Positions 40,617 through 55,410 of a stretch of 64,000 nt of DNA are shown here, in pieces. The DNA comes from Bugula neritina (taxonomy: Eukaryota > Animalia > Bryozoa), in NCBI GenBank assembly GCA_964035545.1, contig OZ037767.1, positions 11,170,581 through 11,234,580 on the forward strand. The letters run 5' to 3'. Position 1 is the stretch's first letter. Each line of letters opens with the position of its first letter. The notes beneath the pieces are model-generated. The model searched no databases and was not told the DNA's origin. It was given only the letters and a program-made list of their open reading frames with translations. The position numbers were made by a program, and so were the translations under genes.

Positions 40617-41974
40617 CTATTGATATAGTTTTAGTGGTATGGAGTAATTTTGTTTATTAAGTTGCGGTTTTATTTGTTTAATGTAGAGAGCTTCGGCTAC
40701 TTTTCGATGGTGGATTCCTTTAAATGAATGATTTAAAACTGTTACATTGTCTATTGATATGTTTCCATGATTAGTGGTGGAAGAGTGTTGATAAATTTTG
40801 GAATTGATGTCATGGCAGTGTTCATGTATCCTGTGTGATAGGCGACGTCCGCTTTCGCCTACATATGTTTGTTGACAGGTAGCTTCAGGGCAGGTTATTT
40901 TGTAGACTAGGTTGTGAATGTGTTCTTTATTGGTTTTATCTTTGAGATTAAAATGTGAACTTAAGGGGGTTCCTTTAAATAAAATCCGGGCATTGAGTTC
41001 ATTTGAAAAAGAGTCTGTAATTAATTTATTGAGGGAGCGGATTAGTTTTTCTCCTGTTACTCCTTTATAAGGCAGCTGGAGTAAAATGTGTTTCCTGTTG
41101 TCTTTTTCACTAAGTAGTCCGTCACCAATGTTGTTAATAGTTTTCTCTATTACATATTTAGGGTAACCATTTTTATGTTCAAAAACATTTCGAATATAGT
41201 TAAGTTCTTGAGTCTTAAGTGCTGGAGTAGAACAGATTTTATTAGCCCTTAATACTAGTGACTTGAGTGTGCTTAGCTTCCACGTTTTTAGTGAGAAAGA
41301 GTTCCAATGTAAATATGTATCGTTATGTGTTGGCTTGCGGAATACTGTGGTTTCTACTGAGCTATTGTGTCGCAAAACTGTAACATCCAGAAAAGAAAGT
41401 GATTTATTGGTTTCTAGTTCGTGTGTAAATTTAATGTTAGGATGAAAATTATTAAGTGTGTTGAGTGTTGTGTTAATATAATCAGGGTCTATTGTTGCAA
41501 ATGTGTCATCTATGTATCTCACCCAAGGTGACATTGAATTCAATTTTGGTAATACTTTCTGTTCTAGTTTTGTCATGAATATATTCGCAATTATTGGTCC
41601 TAGAGGAGATCCCATAGCAACACCATCCGTCTGTGTATAAATGATATCGTTGAAAGTAAAGTGAACTTGTTTTGTACAAAGGTTGAGTAAGTTTATCATT
41701 TTCTTCTTTGGTATAGTTGTTTGGATTCGTTGTTTCTCATAAATATCAGTTATGATTGCTGAAATCGTGTAGTCAAGTGGTACAGAAGTAAAGAGGGAAA
41801 CAACATCAAATGATATCAGTTGATGGTTTGCTGGAATATGAAGTTGCCGTATATATGTAAGAAAACTATCGGTTGATTCGATATTACTTTCAGATTCACT
41901 AAGTGGTTTTAGCATTTTGGCCAGGTATTTCGCAAGTTGGTATGATGCAGTGCCTATGTTAGAAATTATTGGAC
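40617..41974 (-). CDS. Penelope RT + GIY-YIG endonuclease (N-terminally truncated)
   Basis: PIISNIGTASYQLAKYL, SFDVVSLFT, GVAMGSPLGP, RYIDD, LSFLDV; endonuclease NLVYKITC..CQQTYVGESGRRLSHRIHEH..RKVAEALYI..LN. No internal stops. Confidence 0.93.
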
Positions 41975-42474
41975 CGGACGTCGCCTATCACACAGGATAC
42001 ATGAACACTGCCATGACATCAATTCCAAAATTTATCAACACTCTTCCACCACTAATCATGGAAACATATCAATAGACAATGTAACAGTTTTAAATCATTC
42101 ATTTAAAGGAATCCACCATCGAAAAGTAGCCGAAGCTCTCTACATTAAACAAATAAAACCGCAACTTAATAAACAAAATTACTCCATACCACTAAAACTA
42201 TATCAATAGCTCCACACTACTCAACTCTCGCATAGTTTCACTAATTCTTGCTATTTATACTTGGATATCTATATTTTTTTTTTTTTTTTTTTTTTGTCAA
42301 CTCTAATTTATTTTTTATGCAAAACAATCAGTATAATTAATTTTTGACCTGCGTAATATATAAAATAAGATTATCTCCCTAAGTTTCAATAATTTACAAT
42401 AACTGCCACTCTCTATTCTTTGTGTCATGCATAACGTCTAACGTAACATAATAATTTTTGAATTTCATTCATTG

Positions 42475-42516
42475 CTACTCTGAAGATGGGTACAGTGGTA
42501 CCCGAAATATTAGTAG
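42475..42516 (+). ncRNA. Minimal hammerhead ribozyme motif in inverted pLTR
   Basis: Stem I CUACU/AGUAG, CUGAAGA 42480-42486, stem II GGGUAC-agug-GUACCC, GAAA 42504-42507, and a palindromic AAUAUU in place of stem III. Confidence 0.7.
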
Positions 42517-42566
42517 AATTATTTTACCTATAATAAAGTAATAAATCAACAATGTTTCTCGTATAC

Positions 42567-42688
<122 letters not shown>

Positions 42689-43480
42689 ATTGCGTTGCTG
42701 TCAGGTATTCTATAAAGAAATCTTAAACCAAACAAAAGTATTGGGATTTTGCTCTCAATGATAACTGATTGTGTGTGGCAAGTAACTACTACATGGGATT
42801 TTCACCACATGAGAACATTCTCTCTATATGACCATAGTTTTAGGCTTTTAGCTTATTTAAAATCTTGAATTGTCTATCTAAAACACCACTTATACAATGG
42901 AATTATGTTAGGAAACATAGGATGGCTGGAAATAGATATTGGCAATGTTAAAGCCTGGTTTAATAGAATGTAAAACTTGCAGAGGCAACGCATGCAATTA
43001 GGCAGCAGTCATGGGTCAGCATGTTAAATTAGTATTGGAAAGCATTTTGTCCACACTGACACAAACAAGTGAATAACCTTTGCCTTTGTGTATCCATATT
43101 TCAACCAATATAACTTTAAGTTGAGTATGAATAGACGTTCTTTTCACAGCTCATTCTATGCTCTACCTGATTGGTTGAGAGCTGATCAGCTGATCAGTGT
43201 TGAAGCTATTATTACCTCCAGGGTAGAAGATTGCAGGATGTGGAAGTTATAGGTTGGTAATGTTTTTAAATGAATATGGCTACACTTGGAAGTTTTAGTT
43301 AATTTGGATTTCAACTCTCAGTATTGATGAATATCCCTGCCTCAACAACATGACTTTCAACTTTACTGCAGCTTATTAATAGATATATTGTAAATATTGC
43401 ACTTCAACTAATGGCCATTAAAATAGCAAAAAATGGCAAGTACACATTTGGCAGGCTGGTAGAAAATAGAATCAACATAT

Positions 43481-43625
43481 GATGGATGACTTTGCTAAAT
43501 TACTCTAGTAAACAGTATAGAACAGAAAAGAATGTGCCATGTCAGGCTTTGAGCAATGAGCTATCAGTTCTGACAGCATAGGGCAGTTGATGTGTTGTAT
43601 GACGTACCTGTAAGTTGATTGGCCA
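43481..43625 (+). promoter_or_regulatory. Conserved upstream module of tandem paralogue 1 (ATGGATGAC box, CRE-like TGACGTA, inverted CCAAT)
   Basis: The same motifs occur in the same order and similar spacing at 54158-54295 and 62734-62872. Confidence 0.6.
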
Positions 43626-44397
43626 AACGGAATGTTTAACTAGAGTACATCACAATTAATATATGGAGTTGTTTTATCTAGAATGATATTTTCAGCATGA
43701 TGTCTAAAAGTGTAAATAAAGCACATACAGTGCTAAATGCTAAGTGGATTTATTAGCTTAGGTCTACCCAACTACATGCTATACATTTTAGGAAGTGTCT
43801 TTATCACATGATACGACAGTAAACACAATCATTTATAAGATGAATATTATGTTGATTAGTCTTAAATTTGTGGAAATTATGTGTTTCCTGTGATAAGAAT
43901 CAATTATACTGTATTTACCATTTTAATTAAAATTAAATAAAGTACTATACATATACTAGAAACTTGTTTCTATTAGTTATTATGTTCAAATTGATAAAGT
44001 GGGCTGTGCTGCTGTTGCTACAGTTTCAATAAAACGTGTGACTGTGCATTTATGAAGGGGGGGGGGGCTGGGGTTGCAAATGCTGGTTTTAAAAACTGCA
44101 TATGTATGATATACCTTCTAGACATCCTTAAAAGTGGTCAAACCTATAACATGGGCTGTTGGCCCAAATGACAGTTTTTCTGCTTCTTTTTAAAAAACTC
44201 ACTGAACTAAATTTAAAATTTATTTAATTAAGGTAGAGTATTTGTTCAATCAGCATAATTGCAGTTATTTTTAAAATAAAGCATATCAGAAATTTGGCCA
44301 AAATTTTGCATCAAGAAATAATTCACAGTTCAGTTGAGTATAAGAAGACAAAAGATTACTATTTTATAGTAATATAGTATATAAGAGAAATTAATTA

Positions 44398-44800
44398 TTG
44401 TTATGGTATTGTAGTATATAAGAGTATATACGGTATTATTTCTGTTATGGTATTATATCATATGATAGTATATTTTTTGTTTAGTAAATGAGAGTATATT
44501 ATTTTCTTATCTATCAAATATTATTTTATTACCATTTTTGACACATTATCTTGTGACTACAGACAAGCATATTTATGTTTTCTATTAGATTTCCGTTTTT
44601 ATGACAACATAACAAAGCCTCTGTTTAACGCCACACCATCCGGGACCTGTCTTTATAAAAACAATCTTCTGAAGTATTTAGTGGGAATTATATATTTCCT
44701 TTTTTGTAAAGCCTCTCTGTGTTATGCTAATCCTGCTAATAGACAAAAACGCAGAACGTGATTTGGCCTTACAAATTGTTTATTGAGAATTACAACCTTC
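44398..44800. repeat. Old dispersed repeat, copy 1 (other copy 50679-51020)
   Basis: Shared blocks ggtatt.tagtatataagagtatata, gtgggaat.atatatttcct.tttt, taatagacaaaaac and tgagaat.acaac. Confidence 0.7.
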
Positions 44801-45430
44801 AGGTTTTGATTGTATCATTGTTCAGTGCAGCGCCCATATATTATCTTAGCTTAAATTGATAATCTGCTATTGCATCATCATATTATAATATCCTTCGTCA
44901 TGATAATGTTTCCTGATGTTAAAAAATATTGCTCTCAATGCATCCTCATGAAGCTTCTGAATGCATCAGTTGATACCGGACTTGACCCATAAGTTGAATT
45001 ATGTAGGTTGTGTATAGGGTAGTGAGGCTTCATTTCAGCAACTGATGGGAAGACATTGTTATGTTTATTTTACAGTAAAGTTAGATTATATGAATGTATT
45101 ATATTACATGAACCTTTACATGAAGGTAATATATTAAAGTATTATATGAGTGTATTATTATATAAATTATATAATTAGAAATTATATAAGTAGCAGATGA
45201 CAAAGGTGTGATAATGATAATAGAGTCAGCTAAAGTCTCAGCATCTGTGAAACAAGTGTTAATAATTCCCTTTCAAATCAGAGTGCCTCTGCTCCCTACT
45301 GCAGTTAATTATTAGATGATTAACGCCATCCATCATGATACTGAAGTAATTATTTCTATTAAGCTCTGGACTATTACGTAATCTGCTGCCGTCAACTCAA
45401 CTCCCTTCTCTACGGAATATCATTTGTCTA

Positions 45431-46282
45431 ACCATACCACTACACCACCATATACCACTATACCACTGTACCACCACACCACTGTACCACTATACCACCA
45501 TACCACTACACCACTGTACCATCATATGCCACTATACCACCATACCACTATGCCACTATACCACCATACCACTACACCACCATACTACTACACCACTGTA
45601 CCATCATATACCACTACACCACCATACTACTACACCACTGTACCATCATATACCACTATACCACCATACCACTACAGCACTACACCACCATACCACTACA
45701 CCACGGCACCATCATATGCCACTATACCACCATACCACTACACCACTACACCACCATACCACTACACCACCATATACCACTATACCACTGTACTACCATA
45801 CCACTGTACCACTATACCACCATACCACTACACCACTGTACCACCATACCACTACACCACTACACCACTGTACCATCATATGCCACTATACCACCATACC
45901 ACTACACCACTACACCACCATACCACTACACCACCATAAACCACTATACCACTGTACCACCATACCACTGTACCACTATACCATCATACCACTACACCAC
46001 TGTACCACCATACCACTACACCACTACACCACTGTACCATCATATGCCACTATACCACCATACCACTACACCACTGTACCATCATATGCCACTGCACCAC
46101 TACACCACTACACCACTGCACCACCATATGCCACTATACCACCATACCACCATACCACTACACCACTGTACCATCATATGCCACTGCACCACTACACCAC
46201 TACACCACTGCACCACCATATGCCACTATACCACCATACCACCATACCACGGCACCACCATACCACCATACCACGGCACCAC
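45431..46282. repeat. Complex CACCAT/CACTAT/CACTGT satellite
   Basis: About 850 bp built from 5- and 8-bp ACC/ACT units. It explains the H/T/P/Y ORFs in several frames. Confidence 0.95.
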
Positions 46283-48367
46283 ATAGATTTGCTCTTAGAA
46301 TATAGCAATGCCGAGAGTTTCTTTGAACTCTGTTTGAACGAAAACTAACAGCCAACTTGAGCCCTTCCAAGTGATTAAAGCTAAAACCTATTTTGTAAGT
46401 TTGTACTTCATTATTTTACATTTATTAAAAACACTTCTGAATATTTTTAAAATAATAAAAAAGTAGGTACTAAATATAAATCTAGCCCAAAGTATTTAAA
46501 GTGCCAGCTGTAATCAATGTTGAAATATTGTTTCCTGTAAAGCAAAAAACTATCTGGAACTCAAATTATTACTTGACCTCAAAAAATTTAAAGCCAGATT
46601 AACCAAAGATGGGCAGATAATGGTGATTTATTAACTTACCATCAATCAGACTGTCTAATATAAAATAAATTTCATCTTTAAGCACAAAATATTATTCAAC
46701 TTGAAGAATAGAATTAAGGTTCTGCAGCAAGTTTATCCAACAACTAAATGAGACTAAATGTTGAAATATTGACATTATTTATGATATTGACTAATTATTA
46801 ATGCTAATTGTTTGAAAATATTGTTTACACTATATACAAGTATATTCAGACACATTTGACACACTTGATGTAAACATAAGCATATAGCTGCATCTATCTG
46901 TACAAAGGTTACTTGGATTTAATTGCCAATGTTGTAGCATATTGCAATTGTAATAATATAATTTCATTAAAACATATTGCTTACATATTCTAAAAAAAAA
47001 CAAACGTTTTTTTTTAATAAAACTTAAAACTAGTGTAAGCTTAAACTGCAAATGAAAGGTACACATCTACAGGTATTGCATGTTTATAACCAACAGTTCC
47101 TAGTAGCAGAGATTTCATAGCTTCTATTCACAAGACATATAGGGCTGGCATACACCACAGCTATTATTGTAGCATTAGGTGGACTAATAAAATATTCAAA
47201 ATATCAACTTTATTTTAAGAACTGTAGCCATATTTGTTTTGTTGCAGACAAGTGAATTACAATATTTATAATCTACGAGGTTGAATACATGGTTGGAGTA
47301 GACAATCATCAGGCAAGTATGTAAATAGGACTCTATTTACTCACACTTGGGGAAACAATTTGAGTCCCAGCGTATTTTTCATAAAAACTGCTAAAATAAT
47401 AAACACCCACGTTCTATAAAAACTTAATATGAAATGTTGGCAACTTAAAGCAATTCTTAGAAAAAGCAATCAAAAGACAACATATATAGCAAAACCAAAA
47501 ATTAATATAAAGCAATTGATGATGAATCATAAAAAAAAACTTTAATTAGAAATTGATTACTTATTCAAAATGACTATAGGCCTAAGTTAAAATTAAAATG
47601 TGCAAAGAATACACGTCAATTTCCAGGTACAAAAGTAAAGTAATAGATAACTCAGATCGGCAGTCTTAGCTATAAACGGACCCATAGCTAAAATTCATTT
47701 TGAAATAACTGGCTCATAGGTAACAAAATACAGACTATACTATACAAAATAGATGGATGTGGAATACTGCCACACAATGTGCTTCTTAAAACTCAATGCT
47801 ATGGCCATATACTGGCACATAATGATATAACAATATTATGCCTTAAGACCAAGGGACTGCCTTGCATAGTATATGCCTAGCAGATTTTACGAATGTTATT
47901 GATTTTGCTTGAAGGTGAATGACAGTTCATATAAATGTATGGCTGAAAAGTCAGTATCCCTTCTAGTTGTATTAGCACATTGTTTGGGGAGTTCAAAGCT
48001 CATTTAGTTTACAATTAGGCCAGATTTTAATTAACACATGTATGCATTTCAATTGCTTTATGAAAACTTCTCCATAAATAGCCTATAGAAAACACACTCT
48101 TGCATTAGTTACATAAATATTTTAGGACACCAATGAATTGCTCTATTTTAGAACTAAGTTTTAGCAATCTACTGATTCTTATTCTAACATTTGTTTGGCA
48201 AGAAGAGCCGTAAGTGTCATTCTAATATATTACCTCCAAAGTCATAATTTTAAACATTCTGAATTGAAGTTCAACTTTGGGTTTTAAAATATAATTCAGT
48301 GCTCTTATAATATAATTGCCTAGCCTAACATTTCAAGATATTATGTTTACACACCAGATTTCTAAAA

Positions 48368-49810
48368 ATGTCTAGTTTTCCTAAAAATCCACCGATTACC
48401 GGATTGAAGCTCAGGAAAAAGAACATAGCTGAAGCACAGTTAACAGGCACCAATGATTCAAACCGATTTCATATTTCAATAATCAACACAGACAATACTT
48501 CATATATTAATCAAGGCTTGACTCTAACTGGTGACTCGTACAAACAGAAGAATGCTGACAGCAGCTCTCCAGAAGTTGTGCTTCGAGTCGAGGCTCTCCC
48601 ACTAGAACACTGTCAAAGTGAAAGTAGTCTGTTCAACAAAGATGGCTCCCGATTGAATCTGACAGACTCTTCCCAGTCTCCAAGAAGTGAAAGTTCCTTC
48701 CAGAGAGGAGGCAGGTTGAGATCGAGTATACAAGAATTCAGAAACCGTAGTAGAGCTCACATAGAGAATGTCAGAGCAAGTATCAGAATAAAAGTAGATG
48801 AATATAACAGTTATGATGATGATGGAAATGAGTTGAAAGAGGAGGAAAAATCTCCTGAGATTACACAAAATCAGGTAAGTAACAATTTCCATAACTGAAG
48901 TATAGAAACCATTATAGCTTAGACTATTTATTATATTATTATATTGTATTGTAAGCTAAAGCTTTAAATGCTTTAAATTGAACATCCCAGTTTAACAAAT
49001 ATTGTATTTTAGTGTAAACCATAGTGTCTAAGCACTACAAAATGGTAATTAATTACTTAATTCAGCATTCATACATTAAATGTAATATTTTCTTCTACTT
49101 GCTTGCTTATGCTGAAAGTCAATCAAATAACTGAGCACCCTAATTTGAATGAATTTTAGATTCTGTGCGTCAACTGAGTGTGTTTTGACAACTACTACTA
49201 CTACTACTACTACTGCTGCTGCTGCTGTTGCTGCTGCTACCAATACTAGCACTCCCACTACCACTACCACTACCACTACCACTACCACTACCACTACCAC
49301 TACCACTACCACTACCACTACCACTACCACTACCACTACCACTACCACTACCACTACCACTACCACTACCACTACCACTACCACTACCACTACCACTACC
49401 ACTACCACTACCACTACCACTACCACTACCACTACCACTACCACTACCACTACCACTACCACTACCACTACCACTACCACTACCACTACCACTACCACTA
49501 CCACTACCACTACCACTACCACTAACACTAGCACTATCACTACCGCTACTATACTACTGTTATAGTGTAAATCATAACCTTAAACAAGTGAACAATCCAT
49601 ATTTTCACACAAATTAGATTTGCTAAAACTTAATGTGTAATATTATTATATATACAAGCCAACTTTTATGTAGTTATATTTTAGTTCAGCACAGCTTTTA
49701 GAAGTTCCATGAGACGTTCTAGAAAGTTCATCATGGCGGCTGCACAACAAGTACCCATAACTTCCCTAGCAAAGGCAATGGCAGGAGACACTATGACTTA
49801 TTATGAATAG
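48368..49810 (+). CDS. Orphan Ser/charged-rich protein, tandem paralogue 1 (210 aa)
   Basis: Exons 48368-48874 (CAG|GTAAGT) and 49685-49810 (FSTAFRSSMRRSRKFIMAAAQQVPITSLAKAMAGDTMTYYE*). Frame and splice sites are conserved in the paralogue. Confidence 0.8.
49191..49523. repeat. (ACT)n, (GCT)n and long perfect (CCACTA)n microsatellites, intronic
   Basis: Direct reading. They explain the poly-T, poly-V and PL ORFs. Confidence 0.99.
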
Positions 49811-50678
49811 AGAGTACATGCAGGTCGTAGGCTTATATAGATGGTAAGCTTATATACCTCCAAAAACCTTTCACCTTTACTTTTAGATGATATATCATAT
49901 CATCATACAAATTTTAACTTTTAGTACTCAAATATACTTTGATTTAAAACTTATTTGAATTAGGGTTTGACCATTATAAAAATATTTGTTTGGTTTTCTT
50001 TTTATTCATGACATTTGAATGTATTTATTATACTTTTAATGGCTCAAATGTAAATGAATTATTGCATTTTTCATGTAAAATTTTTATTTTGAGTTTTGTT
50101 TTATACTAAATATAGTTGCCCAGCAGCATCTTTTAGTCCCTTTCAATATGCATTAAACCTTTACTTTTTTCAAAAAGCATTAATTGTTTGAAATTTGGCA
50201 ATATTTGGAAATATTGCTGTATTTTTTATGTAATTACATAAACAAGGGAATGCATGTTAATAAATTTTGTAATATAAAATACCCTATTGCAATAAATATT
50301 TAGTATTTATATTTTAGAAACCATACTGTACATCTTATATGATAAATGATAAAATGAATTCAAATTAGTTTAATCTATTCACCAAACTATTGCATATAAT
50401 GAAATATAAATAGAATATGTGAACCCTTTGAACTTTTCAAAACACAGATATTGCTGGTAGGTTGACTGTTCTTCTAAATATTAATTCTTTCTTAGATTAT
50501 AAATGCTAAAATAACTGCTGTATTCTATCCAGCAATTAATTTAAATAATCCCATAAAATAACCTGATTTGAACAGCATAATTTAAATATTTTCTCAATGA
50601 ATTGGCCTGGTCATTTGCCTATCCATTGAATAATAATAAGTCACAAAGCTAACTAAGTCAATAAACAAAAGCCTACCA

Positions 50679-51020
50679 TTGTTACGGTATTATAGTATAT
50701 AAGAGTATATAATTTCTTGTTCTGGCATTATCTACCAAATATCTATCTCAACTTTTCATGACATATTGTCTTGTAGCTACAAAAAAATCATGGGTTTGGT
50801 TTATCACTATATTTTTAGTTAGTATATTAATACGGTTGTAAACAATGCCCGTCTTAACCCGGGACAACCGGACTTGTCCCCATAAATAGCATCTCCTGGG
50901 GTATATGGTGGGAATCATATATTTCCTCTTTTTTAAAGCTTTTCTGCCCTATGCTAAACCTTTAATAGACAAAAACTTAGAGGCTGATTAGGCATTGCAA
51001 AACATTTTGAGAATCACAAC
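50679..51020. repeat. Old dispersed repeat, copy 2
   Basis: See 44398-44800. Confidence 0.7.
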
Positions 51021-52838
51021 TGGTTATAGATTCTGGTTACTTATTCAGCAGTGAAATAAGTAAATAGTTATTTAGGTTGATTGATAATTCTGTAGTCACC
51101 ATATAACTATGTCATATGATGATGTTGCCAAGTGACTTACAGTTATAAGGAACTCTGAGGCCCAACAAGTAATTATTACTAGATTTGACTCCAGGATGCA
51201 TCTAAAGTAACTTATCCGAGCTTGCCATCAGCATGTTAAGGGTGTGAGACGTGAATAAAAACAAAATTTAAGTTCCAGATATTAGTTTACAACTGCTACT
51301 TGTAAGTAACAGATAATTCAATTTGATATCTTCCATATATTTCAGTGACAGGGGAGATAATTCCTCTGATAGTCAGTGTATTTCCAAAATACTTATACTG
51401 ATATTATAACCACCACACATTACCATAATTAAATGAAGAATACATAATACTATGAAATCAGGCAATGATTGAACTTGATTCTATCCTTTATTAATTTGGT
51501 ATCGATGTTGAAATCCAACTCCGATTGCAACTATTAGATTTGCAGTGAGAGCTGCTATTTTTTGTCAATTGCAATGATATATAATAGAGGAAGTGTGATA
51601 GATTCTTATATTTGATTGGCTGAATGAATACAACTCGCTGCTATTATTGGCACATATCTACAGTAGATTTTGTAATAGCATGTATGGCAGAAATCTAAGT
51701 AAGTTTTTTGCAAGGTAATATAATATGTTTTTGCTTAATGACATGCTATTTTTAGAATTAAAACAAAACATCAAACTCATAATTAGATATAAAAAATAAT
51801 ATGATAATAATTACTTATATAATATAGAAATTTATGTTAAAAGTCTGAGTGAACCAAGTTTCTTTAGAGAGTTATTATACATTATTTCAGTTTTCTACTG
51901 ATACATACCGCTTATAGTAATGTGTAGTATTGTGGACTCTAATGCAGTGTAGAATACTCAACTGTCTGTCCATTTATAGCAGAAGTAAAAAATAGTGAAA
52001 CTCAATCCAGCAATGTTGTAAGCATAATCTAGCCCATTTAACAATTTCTCCAAGTGAGTTTGCACATGACACAAAGTTAAACAAAAATCCTAAAACAATG
52101 TAGTCCTGTATGGGTAGCTGCCCACTCTTATAAGAATACATAGGATTAAACTCGCTTCAGAAGCTAGGGTATATTCTTATTATGATTTGTTGTAAACACC
52201 AAAATAAAAGTTTTATAATACAAATGTTTTTCCACTATATATAGCAAGCTATTTTTAAATTGGTATAACTTAATTTTTAGTTGCTTTCTAGTTATCAGTA
52301 CCATTATAATTTCACATTTCAAGTTCTACAATGAAACCCTCGTAAAATAGACTAATGGGATTATTACTGCTTAGTCAACAAAAAAGCAACTTAACTAATT
52401 GTCTAAGTGATGACAGAAGATTAACTTAACAACTGATCTTCTGTCATTATCAGCCAAGTGACAACAAAATTTAAACTTATCCATCTATAGTGACTTTACC
52501 AAGCAGTCTGTCTTCATATGTGATTATGGAAAAGTGCCAGTGTGGGCTTCAGCACAGTTTAGTGTCTGCTTGAATCTTAAGAGCTGTATGAGTTTTTACT
52601 CAAATGGTTGTTAATTATTTATATCTTCAAAAAGTCAAGTTAGGAGGTTTAATAATTTCAGTAATATAAATAATTATCATTTACAATTGAGACATTTTCT
52701 TGCAGTGAATAGTTTTGTTTTTGCTGTTATCACTTCACTAACTACACCACAAAATGCTGCAGTGGCTGTAGCACTTGCTTATTTACAAATAAAGGAGCAA
52801 AATAATTGCGTTAAACAGCTCTTTGGTGTGGAAAATAC

Positions 52839-52983
52839 AATGCTACTGCTATATAAATAGTGCAATACTACTGCTATATAAATAGTGCAATGCTACTGCT
52901 ATATAAATAGTGCAATGCTACTGCTATACAAATAGTGCTACACTACTGCTATATAAATAGTGCAATGCTACTGCTATAAATGC
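52839..52983. repeat. 25-bp minisatellite, about 5.5 copies
   Basis: Unit aatgctactgctatataaatagtgc. Confidence 0.95.
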
Positions 52984-54157
52984 TAATAACAAATAAGAAG
53001 TTGGATGCAACTTGCCTTTAGCTGGTAGCCTATAGTTATTACTAAAACACTGAGTCTATCATATACAGTATAGGCCCTGTGAGTTTGATGCTGTTACAAA
53101 TACGTAAATGTTGTTTTAGCTAGGCATTTATTTAGAGGAAATTCAATTTTGAATTTTGGGCAAAATATGCTTTAATTAGAAGGCACTTGACTCCTAACAT
53201 TATGAACTTATCAACATAGAAAACAAAAACAAACATAATGTAGTATGAGTATCAGATTGTTAGTAAATGACGTAATTAACTATTATTTGTAAACATTATG
53301 TAGGTTTTTCAACTTGTTGCTATAAAAGATTGTGTAGGATTATGATAAATATGTTTTATTGTGCGCTATAGTTGATCGAGTAGTACAGAGAGGGTGAAAT
53401 CGGTATATACATAAAACATTAGATGTTGCTGAACGCTGCTCATAACTTTTCTCTGAAAATATGTATAGCACCAATGCTATATAATACAATACCTAATGGT
53501 AATGCTACATGTTGTTACCAGATTTAATTTAATATCATGTTTAGTACCAAATCTAATATCCCGCCACCCTCGCAGGACCACGGCGGTGAAAGGTGACCAA
53601 AGGTGACTTAATATTGTGCTTAGAAAACGTGTTGAATGCCATTAAAAGAAAGCTACAGTTTAAATTAACCTGTAGACCTTCACAAAGCCATGATTATTGC
53701 TAAAGCTAAGCAGTATATATAAAAAGGACAAAAACTATGAGTCAAAGTATTTAAATATCAAATAAAGTTTTGAAACATTTAGCTTCGAAGAAAGTTTTGA
53801 TATTTTATACACAAATTACCTAATTTGTAATTTATACAACATATCATGTATATTAATTTATGGAAATTTATAGAGAAACTTTATTAGAAAGCTTGAAATA
53901 TCTTTAGACAACTATTTAACCCAATTCAATTTTAGCTTCCAAATTGTAACTTGATTCAAAGCAGCTCTGCTTAGTACGGAAAAAGCATTTCCTGTACAGT
54001 GTGACTTGAACTTGGCCCTGTATTCTGCAAATATAAGTTTATTATTGATCTAAATCATTTCACCCTAACCACTAATAGCTATTAAGTACTTCTGATCTAT
54101 GGCAACATCAGTAATTATTTATGCAAGCTTATAGAAAATTAATTAAAGAAACCAGAT

Positions 54158-54295
54158 GATGGATGATTGTGCTAGAATGTTCCATTTGAACTCACAGAAA
54201 TATAAATTGCCATGTCATGATGTAATAAACAAACTGTACTATGACAACATCTGACAGGTGATACTTGGTATGACGTAGCTGTAACCTGATTGGTC
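54158..54295 (+). promoter_or_regulatory. Conserved upstream module of tandem paralogue 2
   Basis: gatggatgattgtgcta, TGACGTA at 54271 and ATTGG at 54289. Confidence 0.6.
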
Positions 54296-55089
54296 AGATG
54301 CAATACACATGAGCATATAGCAAGTATAATGAAGACACAATACCCTAGAGTTGAATATAATTATTATAAAAGCTACGGTAGTTTAGGATAGGCTTTTAGT
54401 TGACATAAAAACAGCTTCCAGAACGTAACATACTTGCATATTTCATCAAATAGTGAGTTTTATTAGTTAAGTGAGTCTCAAATATACATATATGCTTGTA
54501 TATTAGATATGCTTATATATGTTGCATATGAAATAAAGATAGCATAAATACTAAAATCAAGCTATCACACCTACAGCATTTAATATCTTTAAAAAGTGTT
54601 GTTGGATATTTGATTAGTGTTATATAATAATGCTATATTGTTTCTATTAACCTGCCATTACTTGTTAGGAAAAATGTGAAAATATACTATAATTGAAATA
54701 TGTTTTAGTTTCCTTTATCTACTTTACTTTGCTTGAACTCAGCAATCAAATTTATGCAGATGTATGAACTAAAATTAAGGGCATTCTTCTATTGCAGAAT
54801 AGGCACTGTGCAGCAGGTGGTTCAACTTTGCAGACATGTCATTAGCATAGCATTAGGGTACAGACGAAGTTATATCACCTCGGCTGTGGTAAAAGTAAAT
54901 CTAAAGACTCTAAAGTTCCTAAATATTTAACCAGCATGCAAACAATATTTTCATTTACATAGAATCATCTAATTTGTATTGATAAAATACCATCAGTTTG
55001 AGTTATCTTCCTCCAGTTTTTGGTGTATTAGAAGGTATTTCCTACTGCCTAATAAAGAAAAACTTGTTATATATATATACATGCATGCT

Positions 55090-55410
55090 GGTTGCTCTCA
55101 GCTGACAGAAACTGCCCAACAGTTTGACTGTAGATGTGACACCCTGTGTGTGTACAGAACAGCAGTGACTGTGGCTGTGTAGATGAATGGTGAGAGACAG
55201 TTTTGATAGACAAATGTTACATGTGTGTCTAGTCTCTAGTCTGTTAGTTTGAGTACTTCTGTATGCTCTATTATTAGATGGGCCAAGTAGTTTTCTCCTC
55301 TCTGATGTGAGATGCTGCTTCAGTTCCTTTCTCCATTTCTTGCTATCAGATTTTATGTTTTCCCAGGATACTGTGTCTATGTCAGAAATGCATATGCCCT
55401 TCAAGCAAAC
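55090..55410 (-). mobile_element. Decayed 3' fragment of an RTE-like LINE (different from the element at 20074-22300)
   Basis: IDTVSWE...D..KWRK and a terminal HTCNIC...LHSH zinc-finger remnant, typical of RTE ORF ends. Confidence 0.65.

Noticed and set aside
45424-46348. His/Thr/Pro/Tyr-rich mucin- or adhesive-like ORFs
   Set aside because: Satellite with 5- and 8-bp units, open in several frames, with no signal peptide or splice support.
49076-49617. Poly-Thr, poly-Val and (PL)n ORFs; telomere-like hexamer
   Set aside because: Intronic (CCACTA)n. It is not TTAGGG or TTAGG, so it was not called telomeric.
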